Assembly: GCA_002633005.1 (NCBI GenBank)
Contig: NMRA01000218.1
Span: 503,015 to 567,014 of the forward strand
Source: Phoronis australis
Taxonomy: Eukaryota; Animalia; Phoronida
DNA length: 64,000 bases
Direction: 5' to 3'
Shown: one piece after another, positions 23,433-35,999 of the stretch
How the letters are laid out: every line of letters begins with the position of its first letter
How positions within the stretch are numbered: the stretch's first letter is position 1
Notes under the pieces: model-generated
Database searches by the model: none
Seen by the model: the letters and a program-made list of their open reading frames with translations, nothing else
Told to the model about the DNA's origin: nothing
Program-made: the position numbers and the translations under genes

Positions 23433-24055
23433 GTGAGTACTCTTGTTGGTTCATCCGATTTATGATAAAAGCTTTCCAATTTTGAGACAGTCTCTAGAAT
23501 TTGGGACACAGAAACTTGCAGGAAAGTGAATTTTAATGTTTCTGGAATTTGGGTCAATGCTGATTTTGGCATTCACCACATTTTCCAAATTTTGGACAAT
23601 GCGTTTTTAATCTACAAAGTGGGTAATTTTTCCGTCTTTCTGGTGATTCTTGAGTCTGTGACGGCTGCCATTTTCTATTTCTAGAATTTGGGACAAGCTC
23701 TGACCTTGAGCAAAATTATTAAATTGTCACTGTCCAAAATTGGAGACTTTTACTGTTATTTATATATAAATTGTGTCCGCAAACGTCTTAGGCAAGGCAT
23801 CTGTTCTTAAACATTGTGCTTTATCGTAAGTTACATATTTGTTTGTCAATGCTATGGCATTTCAATGGACATTAATCTGAACAATTTTCTGGTACTTTGA
23901 AAGAATTTTGTTACTGTGCATAATAATGGAATATCAGAATTTTAAGTTGATACCATGATATCAAACTTGATGCAAAGAGTGACTTATTAATTCTGTCCTG
24001 GAATGGGCTATGTAAGTCTCAGTTAAAAATTCTCACCAATTTCAAGGACACCAAT

Positions 24056-24164
24056 AGCCGCTTTTACCCATGAGACAGTTGTCACCGTGTCAGTTGTCAC
24101 GGCAACAGAGCAACTGTTCCGTGTTAGCTGCGACAGGTCTGCTGTCTCACGTGTAAATACGCCT
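24056..24164. mobile_element. About 110-bp MITE in ARL13B intron 2 (second copy about 27799-27907), containing an X-box-like motif
   Basis: Imperfect TIR AGCCGCTTTTACCCATGAGACAG / CTGTCTCACGTGTAAATACGCCT; AAT on both flanks. Confidence 0.6.
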
Positions 24165-24628
24165 AATGTGACTTAAACAGAATTTTACTCTTGGTCATTA
24201 AAGGTTATTTATGCTTTACCATATAGTTTCAACTTTTGTATAAAAGGTTCCACCTGACTGTATTTTAAAAGAATGTGGGTGATCACAACAATGATAGAAG
24301 CCTTGAAATTTTAAAAAGAACCGTAATTTGAAAATTTAAAAAGAATTTTGTCCATTATTTTTCTTCAATTTGATGATAGTTTGCCATGTTGAGTTGTGGA
24401 AGAAGAAAGTTGAGTTATCAATGGTTTCAAATGTGCCATTGCTGCCATTTCTAACAAAATATTCTTTCGTCAGGAACCACTTTAACATAGTTTTAACATT
24501 TGTCATCTCTAACAATTTATTATTTAGAAAGACTTTAAACCTGCTGTTCATTTGTTTATGTTAACAAGTCCTCCATAAAGATGAAATGATCAGTACCCTG
24601 CAATTAAAGTTATTTTTTCTTGTTTCAG

Positions 24629-24878
24629 AGCCCATTGACAACACTACGCCCACAGTAGGATTTGACCAAGTGGACTTCCAGTTTGAAAATTTTGACATCT
24701 CGATGTTTGACCTGGGTGGCGGTAAAAAGATCCGCAGTATTTGGAAGAACTACTTCACGGAGTCTTATGGTGTAGTCTTCTGCATCGACTCATCAGACCA
24801 AGAGAGATTAGATGAATGCAGGGAGGTACTCACTGAAGTTCTTCAAGACTCGAAAATATCCGGAAAGCCAGTATTAAT
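24629..24878 (+). CDS. ARL13B: ARL13B exon 3, copy 1 (PTVGF...FDLGGGKKIRSIWKNYFTESYGVVFCIDSSD...ISGKPVL)
   Basis: tttcag acceptor, gtaagt donor, 250 nt; DLGGG (no catalytic Gln) is diagnostic of ARL13. Confidence 0.95.
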
Positions 24879-27281
24879 GTAAGTGAATAATCGATAAAAA
24901 TTATTGGGGAATGACCTGTGAAAGGTTCCTTGCTCTTATGCACTTGTGGTGAATTGTCATCAGTTTCGGAAAGGAATAATTGTCAAATTGATTTTTTTGT
25001 TTTTAATGGCTTTCGATGTTATTGTGAAAAACCAATTAAAGTTTTGCAAAATATTGCCTGGCAGTAGCTATGTTGTAAGAATTTATCATGTTAAAGCTTT
25101 TAATTTTGGTGATGCTTAGTTTTAATTGAAAGTGAAATCATGAAAATTTCACCTGTCTGCCATGTTGCATCCTAAATTGATGAAATATTACTGTAACTGC
25201 TGCTTACGCTTGAGGTTTTTTCAAGCGAATTTCATTATCATAATGTCTAATGATATTTTTTTACTTTCATCTCTTGCAAGCCACACGTTTGTAATGCTGG
25301 CTTATTCGATTTAGTGGTTTCAAGAAATTACTTTGTAAAATATAACATTTCATGTAGGACGTAGTACGCCCAACAAGTGAAATTTTGTTGCTTTCATTTT
25401 TTTACGAAAAAGACTGCACCAATTTAATGTTACCATAGTTACCGTCAGGCGTGTTGTGTGAAACTGTGGGCCTCTGTAACTTTTTCAGAAGCCATAACAA
25501 TGAAAAAATCATTGGCAATTGCATTTGCCCGTAAGGTGTTTTGTAATAAACTATTTAAATTTTTACTGAAAGGCCCTTATTTTCCGTCTGATTTGTAAAC
25601 AAGGTCATTTTCATGGAAAGCCTTCTTTCATTCAAATGAATTCAGCCCCATATGAAGGTGATGTAACCATGTAAAAGCTGGTTCATTAGTTCCTCAAGCC
25701 CCAAGCTGTCACCTAGGAAACAGTATAATACAACATAGTTAGAGTATGTGAACAATACGTGGCCTTATTAACTTAATTAACCCTGTGTATCTAATGCATG
25801 AATCCATAACTAGCGGGTGGTTTGTGTAGTGTACGCAGAGCCATGCCTTGTTGTTTCCAAGAGAATATCTAAGCAATTTAATTAATTTTGACTACAAGTA
25901 GCTTACAGCTAAATGTAACTATTGATTTTGAAAGCTTACAAATTGGTCTTTTGTTCTCGTAAAGATTTTTTTTGCGAGTTGACAATGTTTTCTGCAGCTG
26001 AGCATTGTGTGAATAGAAATAGTTTTCCAAAATGTCGAGGAGTGAGTTAGGAATGCCTCCCTGTCTAGTAATGGTTCAATCAGACATTTTGTAGCCCCAT
26101 ATGTAGGGTAAAAATTTTTGATTTGGACACTGAAAGCTTAAGATTTTTTGAATTACCCATTATCTGAGAAATGAGTCATCAGCAAGTTTTGCCCAGCAAG
26201 TTTCTCTAGACTTCATTATTTGTGCCGTTTGTGAGACTTGTTACTGTTATTGTATTGTTATTTATTANTTTTACTTTTTAAAACCATCTCTGTGACACTT
26301 AACTGGCACACTAAATTTATATCAAATTGGTGAAGAATACCCCCTCCCATCTGAGCAATATGTCCCCACTTTCCCATTAAATTGGCTGCCCCCCTCCCTT
26401 ATGGGCATCCAGCATTGCACTTGAAAAAAATAGTATAGGCCTGGTAGCCTTATCTGTTTACCTGGACAGGGCAATTTGTTTCCACTAACGTGAATTTGAA
26501 TAGATTACTTTCTGTCAGTGACCAGTTAAATATAGGGATATTACTTTGTGTGTGAATCTTGACCATTCGTTTTGTATGGTGTGGTGCTGTCAGGATAATA
26601 GACTGACCGGTCAGTGACAACCTGTGCCTACCTATCCACTGAATAAAATGTGTTGGGATTTCCATCCACTAGGAATGATACTTGATAGTGTATGCAAACT
26701 GTCTCACCAGGAGCTGGTATAGCATTTAACCCTCAGTATACAATATCTTTTGTGACCTGTCTCTTGCAGTAACTGCCATACCATATTACCGTCCAGTGAT
26801 TTTATGTGAGTTTGCAATAGACACCACCATGCAGTTATCATAATCATAAGACCAATTACTGTTCTCAGGTGAATGGACTAGAAAGTTAAAGTGTTATTCC
26901 ATGCTAATTGAAGACTTACCGGAAAACAAGTTTTGAAATATTTTGTTGTTGACCAATTGTGCTAATGAATGGAAGAACATTTAATTGTGGAAACGAGGCA
27001 ATTCTTCACTTATTTAGCACACCATATGACTGACAAGTGAAATTCTATTTTGTGAAATTTCTTCACAAAAGAAAGATTTCAGTCTACTATTACACATTGT
27101 TTGCAGTGTGTAGATGTAGTAAAACAATACGGTAAAGATTCTAGTATTTGCACTGTGGTAATTAGCTTTTGGAAATCGTAAAAATGACAATTTTGGAAAT
27201 TACGTTTGCACAAAATCATAAGCAGCTGGTTAATTACAGTATTCTTTATTGCATAGCTTATAGTTGTTGTCATTGTTTCAG

Positions 27282-27352
27282 GAAGCTGACTCTGGTTATG
27301 ATTGGCTTGGACAATGCAGGCAAGACTTTGACAGCCCTTGGGCTCCAGGGAG
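27282..27352 (+). CDS. ARL13B: ARL13B exon 2, copy 2 (identical to copy 1)
   Basis: Same sequence and splice sites as 23362-23432. Confidence 0.9.
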
Positions 27353-28371
27353 GTGAGTACTCTTGTTGGTTCATCCGATTTACGATAAAAGCTTTCCAAT
27401 TTGAGACAGTCTCTAGAATTTGGGACACAGAAACTTGCGGAAAAGTGAATTTTAATGATTCTGGAATTTGGGTCAATGCTGATTTTGGCATTCACCACAT
27501 TTTCCAAATTTTGCACAATGCGTTTTTAATCTACAAAGTGGGCATCTGTTCTTAAACATTGTGCTTTATCGTAAGTTACATATTTGTTTGTCAATGCTAT
27601 GGCATTTCAATGGACATTAATCTGAACAATTTACTGGTACTTTGAAAGAATTTGTTACTGTGCATAATAATGGAATATCAGAATTTTAAGTTGATACCAT
27701 GATATCAAACTTGATGCAAAGAGTGACTACTAATTCTGTCCTGGAATGGGCTATGTAAGTCTCAGTTAAAAATTCTCACCAATTTCAAGGACACCAATAG
27801 CCGCTTTTACCCATGAGACAGTTGTCACCGTGTCAGTTGTCACGGCAACAGAGCAACTGTTCCGTGTTAGCTGCGCCAGGTCTGCTGTCTCACGTGTAAA
27901 TACGCCTAATGTGACTTGAACAGAATTTTACTCTTGGTCATTAAGTTTATTTATGCTTTACCATATAGTTTCAACTTTTGTATAAAAGGTTCCACCTGAC
28001 TGTATTTTAAAAGAATGTGGGTGATCACAACAATGATAGAAGCCTTGAAATTTTAAAAAGAACCGTAATTTGAAAATTTAAAAAGAATTTTGTCCACTAT
28101 TTTTCTTCAATTTGATGATAGTTTGCCATGTTGAGTTGTGGAAGAAGAAAGTTGAGTTATCAATGGTTTCAAATGTGCCATTGTTGCCATTTCTAACAAA
28201 ATACTCTTTCGTCAGGAACCACTTTAACATAGTTTTAACATTTGTCATCTGCAACAATTTATTATTTAGAAAGACTTTAAACCTACTGTTCATTTGTTTA
28301 TGTTAACAAGTCCGCCATAAAGATGAAATGATCAGTACCCTGCAATTAAAGTTATTTTTTTCTTGTTTCAG

Positions 28372-28621
28372 AGCCCATTGACAACACTACGCCCACAGTA
28401 GGATTTGATCAAGTGGACTTCCAGTTTGAAAATTTTGACATCTCGATGTTTGACCTGGGTGGCGGTAAAAAGATCCGCAGTATTTGGAAGAACTACTTTA
28501 CGGAGTCTTATGGTGTAGTCTTCTGTATCGACTCATCAGACCAAGAGAGATTAGATGAATGCAGGGAGGTACTCACTGAAGTTCTTCAAGACTCGAAAAT
28601 ATCTGGAAAGCCAGTATTAAT
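28372..28621 (+). CDS. ARL13B: ARL13B exon 3, copy 2 (four synonymous differences from copy 1)
   Basis: Same peptide; codon differences GAC/GAT, TTC/TTT, TGC/TGT and TCC/TCT. Confidence 0.9.
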
Positions 28622-30003
28622 GTAAGTGAATAATCGATAGAAATTATTATGGAATGACCTGTGACAGGTTCCTTGCTCTTATGAACGTGTGGTGACTTGT
28701 CGTCAGTTTTGGAAAGGAATAATTGTCAAATTGATTTTTTTCGTTTTTAATGGCTTTCGATGTTATTGTGAAAAACCAATTAAAGTTTTGCAAAATATTG
28801 CCTGGTAGTAGCTATGTTGTAAGAATTTATCATGTTAGAGCTTTTAATTTTGGTGATGCTTATCTTTAATTAAAAGTGAAGAAATGAAAATTTCACCTGT
28901 CTGCCATGTTGCATCCTAAATTGATGAAATATTTATACTGCTTACGCTTGAGGTTTTTTCAAGCGGATTTCATTATCATAATGTCTAATGATGTCTTTTT
29001 ACTTTTATCTCTTGCAAGCCACACGTTTGTAATGCTGGCCTATTCAATTTAGTGGTTTCAAGAAATTACTTTGTAAAATATAATATGTAGGACGTAGTAT
29101 GCCCAACAAGTGAAATTTTGTTGCTTTCATGTTTTTACGAAAAAGACTGCACCAAATTAATGTTACCAGAGTTACCGTCAGGCGTGTTGTGTGAAACTGT
29201 GGGCCTCTGTAACTTTTTCAGAAGCCATAATAATGAAAAAATCATTGGCAATTGCATTTGCCCGTAAGGTATTTTGTAATAAACTATTTAAATTTTTACT
29301 GAAAGGCCCCTATTTTCCGTCTGATTTGTAAACAAGGTCATTTTCATGGAAAGCCTTCTTTCATTCAAATGAATTCAGCCCCATATGAAGGTGATGTAAC
29401 CATGTAAAAGCTGGTTCATTAGTTCCTCAAGCCCCAAGCTGTCACCTAGGAAACAGTATAATACAACATAGTTACAGTATGTGAACAATACGTGGCCTTA
29501 TTAACTTAATTAACCCTGTGTATCTAATGCATGAATCCATAACTAGCGGGTGGTTTGTGTAGTGTACGCAGAGCCATGCCTTGTTGTTTCCAAGAGAATA
29601 TCTAAGCAATTTAATTAATTTTGACTACAAGTAGCTTACAGCTAAATGTAACTATTGATTTTGAAAGCTTACAAATTGGTCTTTTGTTCTCGTAAAGATT
29701 TTTTTTGCGAGTTGACAATGTTTTCTGCAGCTGAGCATTGTGTGAATAGAAATAGTTTTCCAAAATGTCGAGGAGTGAGTTAGGAATGCCTCCCTGTCTA
29801 GTAATGGTTCAATCAGACATTTTGTAGCCCCATATGTAGGGTAAAAATTTTTGATTTGGACACTGAAAGCTTAAGATTTTTTGAATTACCCATTATCTGA
29901 GAAATGAGTCATCAGCAAGTTTTGCCCAGCAAGTTTCTCTAGACTTCATTATTTGTGCCGTTTGTGAGACTTGTTACTGTTATTGTATTGTTATTTATTA
30001 CAG

Positions 30004-30109
30004 GTTGGCTAACAAACAGGACATTGATGGGTGCTACACAGAGGCCGAGTTACTCGAGTACCTTGATGTAGAGCAGCTGGTCAATAGTAACAAGTGTCCC
30101 TGTCGAATG
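30004..30109 (+). CDS. ARL13B: ARL13B exon 4 (LANKQDIDGCYTEAELLEYLDVEQLVNSNKCPCRM)
   Basis: ttacag acceptor, gtaagt donor, 106 nt; NKQD G4 motif. Confidence 0.95.
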
Positions 30110-30291
30110 GTAAGTGAGAAGTCTGCTGGACTATTATGTACATGCTAATGAATGTAATACGTAGGTGCACACCATTGGTCTTGTTATGTAATTGTGCCAA
30201 TATAATAAGTATAGTAAAGTACTCTTAGTATAGTCTCTTACATATTATCATTAGGTGTCTTTGTTAATTTTTTATGGCTTGTATGTGCATG

Positions 30292-30701
30292 TGGCTGGTT
30301 ACATGAAACAGTCCCAAATAGGGACTCAACTAAGTTCCCTAAATCTACTGCGTATTTGCGGGCTTTTAACACTGTTTGTCCTACCCTATGCTGTTTGAGT
30401 ATCATTACTATGCCAATTTTTGGCTTTGATACAAGTCGAGAGTGAACTCTGGTTTGAATTCTCAATATTATTGGAAATAGGTAAGGAATCTTTTCATGCA
30501 ATGCCCCCTAACTGTTTTGATTGAATTAAGGGCTCAGTTATTAGTTATATTATCAGAAAATGCCATTAGTCAAAGAAGACCTCATAATCAAGATAAAATT
30601 ATAGAAAAAATATATCTGTGCTTAAAGAAGAAAACAAATGCGAAAAAGATTAAGCGAACTTAGTTGAATCCCTATTTGGGACTGTTTTATGCAACCGGCC
30701 A
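30292..30701 (+). mobile_element. About 410-bp Harbinger-like MITE, copy 1
   Basis: TIR TGGCTGGTTACATGAAACAGTCCCAAATAGGGACTCAACTAAG / CTTAGTTGAATCCCTATTTGGGACTGTTTTATGCAACCGGCCA; flanks ATG and CTG. Confidence 0.8.
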
Positions 30702-31149
30702 CTGGTGACAAAGAGCCTATGGTTTTGCCAATTTCAATTGAACCAAGATAGAGGTGCACGCAGAATGTGTGTACCTCAACTTTGTTTTAAGCCTGTCAAA
30801 AGCTTTAAACTAGTTTTAGAAATTTGAAGTAAAGATGTGCTTGTGAACTTGAAAAGTAATTTAATTTTTCAGTTTAAATTAGCACAGGCTGAGTTAGTTG
30901 AGTAACTTAAAGCCCTGACGTACTACTCAGCCAGCTAGCCTTTAACAGTTGCTGTTTGAAATTTGGTACAAAACAAGGAAATTGTGTATTACAAATTACA
31001 TTATTATCTTTAGTTAGTTGAGCATGACATTGATTATTATCACAGGGGATAACGGGGATAACGTGGATGACGATGAACATTTTTAATTCGTGTTAGAAAG
31101 TTGTCCAAGTATTCACGTTTTTTCTTTATGATGAATCATTTTTTAATAG

Positions 31150-31352
31150 GTGACCTGCTCGGCTATCAAGGGCACAGGCAAAAAAATTGACCAAGCTATT
31201 AAGAATGGTATGCACTGGTTGCTGTACACTGTAGAACAGAACTTCGATAAGTACCACGACCGTGTGGAGGCTGATAAGGCGGAGCTTAAGGAAATTCAGG
31301 CTCGGGAGCGTATGGAGAAACGAGAGCGAGTGAGAAAAATAAGAGAGGAAAG
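31150..31352 (+). CDS. ARL13B: ARL13B exon 5 (VTCSAIKGTGKKIDQAIKNGMHWLL...REKRERVRKIREER-like coiled coil)
   Basis: aatag acceptor, gtaaaa donor, 203 nt; CSA G5 motif followed by the ARL13B coiled coil. Confidence 0.95.
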
Positions 31353-32488
31353 GTAAAATGCAACAATACTTATCTTGTTTGTTTTTAGTTTGCGTATACT
31401 CATGTCTGGCATCCTTACAGTTTTTGGGCATCAAGTTGGTGTTGAACAATATACTTTATTGCTTGAAATGTTAACACAGATAGCGTCTGTTGCCTGTGAG
31501 CCATCTTGCTTCGTGAATCACGCATTCGCAAGTTTTTTTGCCTCATGAACACGTAAAACAGTTAAAAAACTGAGTATTTATGATAATGTTTAAGAATTTG
31601 TCAATGGAAAATGGACAATATTGGCAATTTATTGTCCAAAATAGTGTACACACCATGTTGAATTTTTGGGGTTGTTCCAAACATTTTTACACACCATAGG
31701 AAGTGAAATTAGTTGCTTTTCAAACCTTTTTATTACCTCATCAGCCTTTTAATAAGTACTTTTTTAAAATCTCAGAAAAAATATGAGGGAATTTTTAGCA
31801 GAAATTTGATTGCGTGCTGTGAACAAACTTCCAAGAACAATGAAAAGGCACTCGCACATTGTAGCAGACATGAGACATTACATGTGACTGTGATCCGTCT
31901 TATGTCTCATTAGTAGTTGCAAAGGGTATTCTGTCATTGTCATCACCTGTCTGGCGTCTTTGTTAAACAGGATGAATAGTTCTTGATTGACTCTAATTTT
32001 ATGTTTGTATTCTGGTTTTATACATCATGACATGCGAGAAGAGTTCTGCCTTCATGCAGCGATACTGCTTCCTTAGATCATTTTACAAATCAAATACGTC
32101 TTAAACTGAATTACCGCATCACCTGACGCATAACATTAATTAACATAATATTAAAAATGCAGTCTCGTTAAATTGTGATTATGCGAATGAAGTATTAATT
32201 TACAAACAACCCCGGGTCCTCCAGTGTGCCGGAAACCATCCGAGAACCAGTTACCTTTGCGACCTCGCGAAAGTCTTGTTTTGAGAGACTATTTTATGTA
32301 AATGAGTACGGTAATATTTCATTGTTACCCTAATGAAACAAGGTGCAGTTTTCATTATTTGTTTATATTTCACAGCCAAATAACGACTGCGTAATTTTGG
32401 AATTACTCGCGTTTTTATGTGTTAGAAGCAGCATATTTAAGGTGGAGAAATTACATATCCTCTCAATGCATGGTTGTCTATGTTGCAG

Positions 32489-32618
32489 AGAACGTCAGGA
32501 GGAATTGGAGCGTCAAAAAAGTAACAAAGAGGAGGCCAAACCAAACAGTGATGATGAGGATGTTATGGATGGCGGTGACCCATTTAAAAAGGTGGACATT
32601 CAAGAATTGAAGGCAAAG
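32489..32618 (+). CDS. ARL13B: ARL13B exon 6 (ERQEELERQKSNKEEAKPNSDDEDVMDGGDPFKKVDIQELKAK)
   Basis: ttgcag acceptor, gtattg donor, 130 nt, phase 2 to phase 0; DPF matches the ARL13B NPF motif. Confidence 0.88.
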
Positions 32619-32799
32619 GTATTGACTGGTGTAACAATTACTGTAACTAAACAGTTTTTACCTATGTATGTGTCTAGTCATTGTATTTCAATACAAGGAG
32701 ACCTCGTCAGTACGAACGCTGTTTTCTAGGAGGACTGTTGCGTGCACACTCAATTTCACACTAGACTACTTTGCAGTAGAGTTTTGTACTGTATGAGGC

Positions 32800-32980
32800 A
32801 CCACAGGTGAGTTCTGTGTAGTAATCTACAGTAGAGTAGAAGAGTAAAGTACAATGCAGTTCAATAAAGTAGTGCTGTATAGTGTAGTTCAGTACAGCAG
32901 GGCCTTGTAGTGCATTTCAGTGCAGTGCAGTACAGTCCAGTACAGCAAAGTGCAATATAATTATGTATAGCGCAGTACAA
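32800..32980. repeat. Degenerate pentanucleotide (CAGTA/TAGTG-like) simple repeat
   Basis: Visible 5-bp periodicity, e.g. cagtgcagtgcagtacagtccagtacag. Confidence 0.6.
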
Positions 32981-34010
32981 CTCCTACAAGAGTGGCCTAC
33001 ACAGGCACTCTGCAAATCTAGATAACAAAGGTGTTCACCCACAATCATGTTGTTGAAAAGTGATATTAGTTATGTGCAACTTAGATGCAGTGGATTCTGG
33101 GTTGCTGGGACAAGAGTGATGCAACCCCCTCTGGTGTTGTTAAGAACTAGCAGTAATACTTGTTTAGATGCAGAACTGATCTGACATGTATTTACTTTAA
33201 TTTCTTAACTCTTGAATTAACAGATGGTTTTAGTAATGAGGCAGTCTTAGCAAAGCCGTTATCAACTCATGTTTCGTCAAAAACAACTTTGATTTAGTCA
33301 AACACCACTTCAGTTGTGGTATTCAAGAAAGTGGTTACTGGTCTTAGCTTGTCCCTTTTGTAACTTGGAGGAATTTCTGGTCTCGGATTTGACCTGATAG
33401 TTGGCTATTGTCTGAAACCAAACTCAGTGTGTTATCCTTACAGAACGGGTCATTTTATGTACCGATATTATTCTCAAACAATAAGGTATAGCCAATTCTT
33501 TCCATTTCTAATCAGCAGGGAACACGTTGGAGAGCTAGTTTATAGTGGCAAGTGGTATCAGTTGCAACTTGTGTTTGTTTCTTTGATTGAACTCTGGTTT
33601 ATGGCAGCTTGAAGTACTTAGCAAATAATTATTCTTCACTTAACTTAACTTTAAGTGTAATCAGTTGACTGATATATTTGGTTAATGTTTTTCATCAAAT
33701 TTAGGTAACAAGAATTGGCTTTCACTTAATGATGGAAAGTCTCTTAAAATACATTACCAATAGTCATTTAAAGGGGCCTTGGATTTTGAGAACCAGTTTG
33801 GTATATGTTATTTAATGAAGATAACCAGTTCTCATAATGAGGAACACCTACCAACACTCCTTTCCATCCATGGTGTGTTTGATACAAACTCTCTTGAATT
33901 TACCTTTTTTCGTGTCCACCACGGGCACCATCGCTGGTTATGAGAAGTCGGGAAATTCATGTGCCTGTGGTTTGATATTCATCGCATTTTACCTGCATGC
34001 TTTATTGTAG

Positions 34011-34362
34011 GAAGCCAAAGCTAAGGAAGAGAAGGCAAAAAGAAAGGCATTAATGGCTGCTAAAGCGAAGGAGGAGGAAAATGAAAGCAAGACACGTGAC
34101 AGTCCTGCAGACAATGATACAGAAAACGTACTTGAAAACGCGAATATGAACAATAATGCTCGCCCAAGCGGGGGTCTACGTAGGCAGAGGTCTAACTTGT
34201 CCGAGGAGGACGACGAAAATGAAGTGATCTCATCCAAAGCTAGTCGACCTAAGGCGGACTCGCCTCGCCCTCTAGACGGAATGGCTCTCCAACCGGCCCC
34301 CCTGTCAAGGCGACTGGCCCCTCTCCAACCTATCACTCAGCTGGAGCCTCTGGATGTTGTAG
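34011..34362 (+). CDS. ARL13B: ARL13B exon 7 (EAKAKEEKAKRKALMAAK...RRLAPLQPITQLEPLDVV)
   Basis: ttgtag acceptor, gtgagt donor, 352 nt open, phase 0 to phase 1. Confidence 0.85.
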
Positions 34363-34894
34363 GTGAGTGTACTTATGAGTCAAGTTATGACATTTGCTAC
34401 AAAGTGCTGTTAGCTGAATACCATTCATACATGTGTATGCTCTGCGACCCTGGCGTTTTAACTGAGTTCCGCATTTAATTTTTGTGATTGTTTAGCTATT
34501 CCTGAGTCTCATGTTATGAACTGGACGTAGTTTAACCTCATTTGGTTGTTAAAACATGGTAAGATCTCCCGTCTGCGTATTTTAGATGACTTGTCATTAA
34601 CGCAGTCGTAAATAATGCGTTCCTGCCAAGCATGCAAGTTTCAGGAAGGATAATAAAGACAGCTGATCATCCTTATTAACTGTTCAGCAGCCTTCGATAT
34701 AAGGGTCAAATTAATCACAATCTGAACTTAAGCTGTGATGCGGCGGTTGTCCATGGTGTCTGAGTGATAACATAGTTTTTATGGCAGTTGACTCAACGTG
34801 TTTTCTCGCTACGTCTGTCAATTGGGAGCAAAATTGATAAAGTTCACCAGGAGATAATAAGTGAAACGATAATACGGTACCATTTCATTTTCAG

Positions 34895-35095
34895 GAGACG
34901 GGATGAAGAAGAAAAAGAAGAAGAAGAAAGTGAAGCGCAACAAAACAGTACCAATGCTAGAGGATGACGAAACCGGAGAGGTGACCCTTTCAAAGAAGGC
35001 CCTCCCACCGCTCAAGTCGTCGCCTCCAGCCCAGAGAAATCTACTGTCACGCACAGCGTCCAGAAAGCCGGAGTTGGAGAGTGTGGAAGATGAAG
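34895..35095 (+). CDS. ARL13B: ARL13B exon 8 (GDGMKKKKKKKKVKRNKTVPMLEDD...VEDE)
   Basis: tttcag acceptor, gtacgt donor, 201 nt; basic run plus KRN as in vertebrate KKKTKKLRMKRNHRVEP. Confidence 0.87.
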
Positions 35096-35371
35096 GTACG
35101 TCTGTAGTGGGACTGTTAGCTTCTAGACCTGTGTCGGCCAAATTTTACTCGAAACTTTACTCAAAGTTTTCGTCCATTTTTGAAAATTACCTTATATGCT
35201 TGTAGTCATTTTAAAGCTAAAATGTGAAACTGTATATACATAGGAAAAAATGTGCAATTGCATGTAAATCATTTTTGAATAAGAAATGTTTTGTGTGCTT
35301 TTTATTGCATGTAAGACTAGTAAAATAGTGTCTGTTACAAATTTTGGCTTCAACCCTGATGAGGAACTCAG

Positions 35372-35784
35372 TACCCGGTTGCATGAAACTAAGGTCCCTA
35401 AATCTACTGCGTATCTGCGGGCTTGTGAAAACACTGATTGTCCTATCTTATGCTGTTTGAGTATCATTACTATGCCAATTTTTGGCTTTTATACAAATCG
35501 GGAGTGAAATCTTGATTGAATTCTAAATTTCATTGAAAATAAGTAGGGATCTTTTCATGCAATGCCCCTAATTTAAAGACTAAGTCCCTAACTGTTTTGA
35601 TTGAATTAAGGGCTCAGTTTTTAGTTATATTGTTAGGAAATGTCATTAGTCAAAGAAAAGCTCATAATAAAAATAGAATTATAGAAAAAATATTGCATCT
35701 GTGCCTAAAGAACAAAACAAATATGAAAAAGATTTAGGGACCTTAGTTGAGTCCCTGTTTGGGACTGTTTCATGCAACCGGGCA
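35372..35784 (+). mobile_element. About 410-bp Harbinger-like MITE, copy 2, TSD CAG
   Basis: cag|TACCCGGTTGCATGAAAC ... GTTTCATGCAACCGGGCA|cag; interior homologous to 30292-30701. Confidence 0.85.
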
Positions 35785-35898
35785 CAGTAGACTAGTGTTT
35801 GCAACTGGATAACCTATGTCTGACACTGTAAAAGAGCTTACAATACAACTGTTCATGCAGTCAAAGCAAAGTAGACATGAATGGGATTTCTCTTGCAG

Positions 35899-35999
35899 CC
35901 AACATTGGTCAGAAATGGAATTTGGCGGAAGATCTCGAAGACATGCCGGCCCGGCCTTCGCGCCCTAATATGGATAGTGATGATGACATCATGACATAG
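35899..35999 (+). CDS. ARL13B: ARL13B last coding exon (ANIGQKWNLAEDLEDMPARPSRPNMDSDDDIMT*)
   Basis: ttgcag acceptor, phase 1, TAG stop; RPN..D..DI resembles the vertebrate C-terminus. Total CDS with one copy of exons 2-3 is 1473 nt (490 aa). Confidence 0.85.

Larger units (their letters stand above)
22360..30000 (+). repeat. Apparent tandem duplication of about 3.8 kb (22360-26267 and 26269-30000) joined by a single N
   Basis: Both copies start TTTTACTTTTTAAAACCATCTC and end TTGTATTGTTATTTATTA; they differ by scattered SNPs and indels; n at 26268. Confidence 0.95.
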
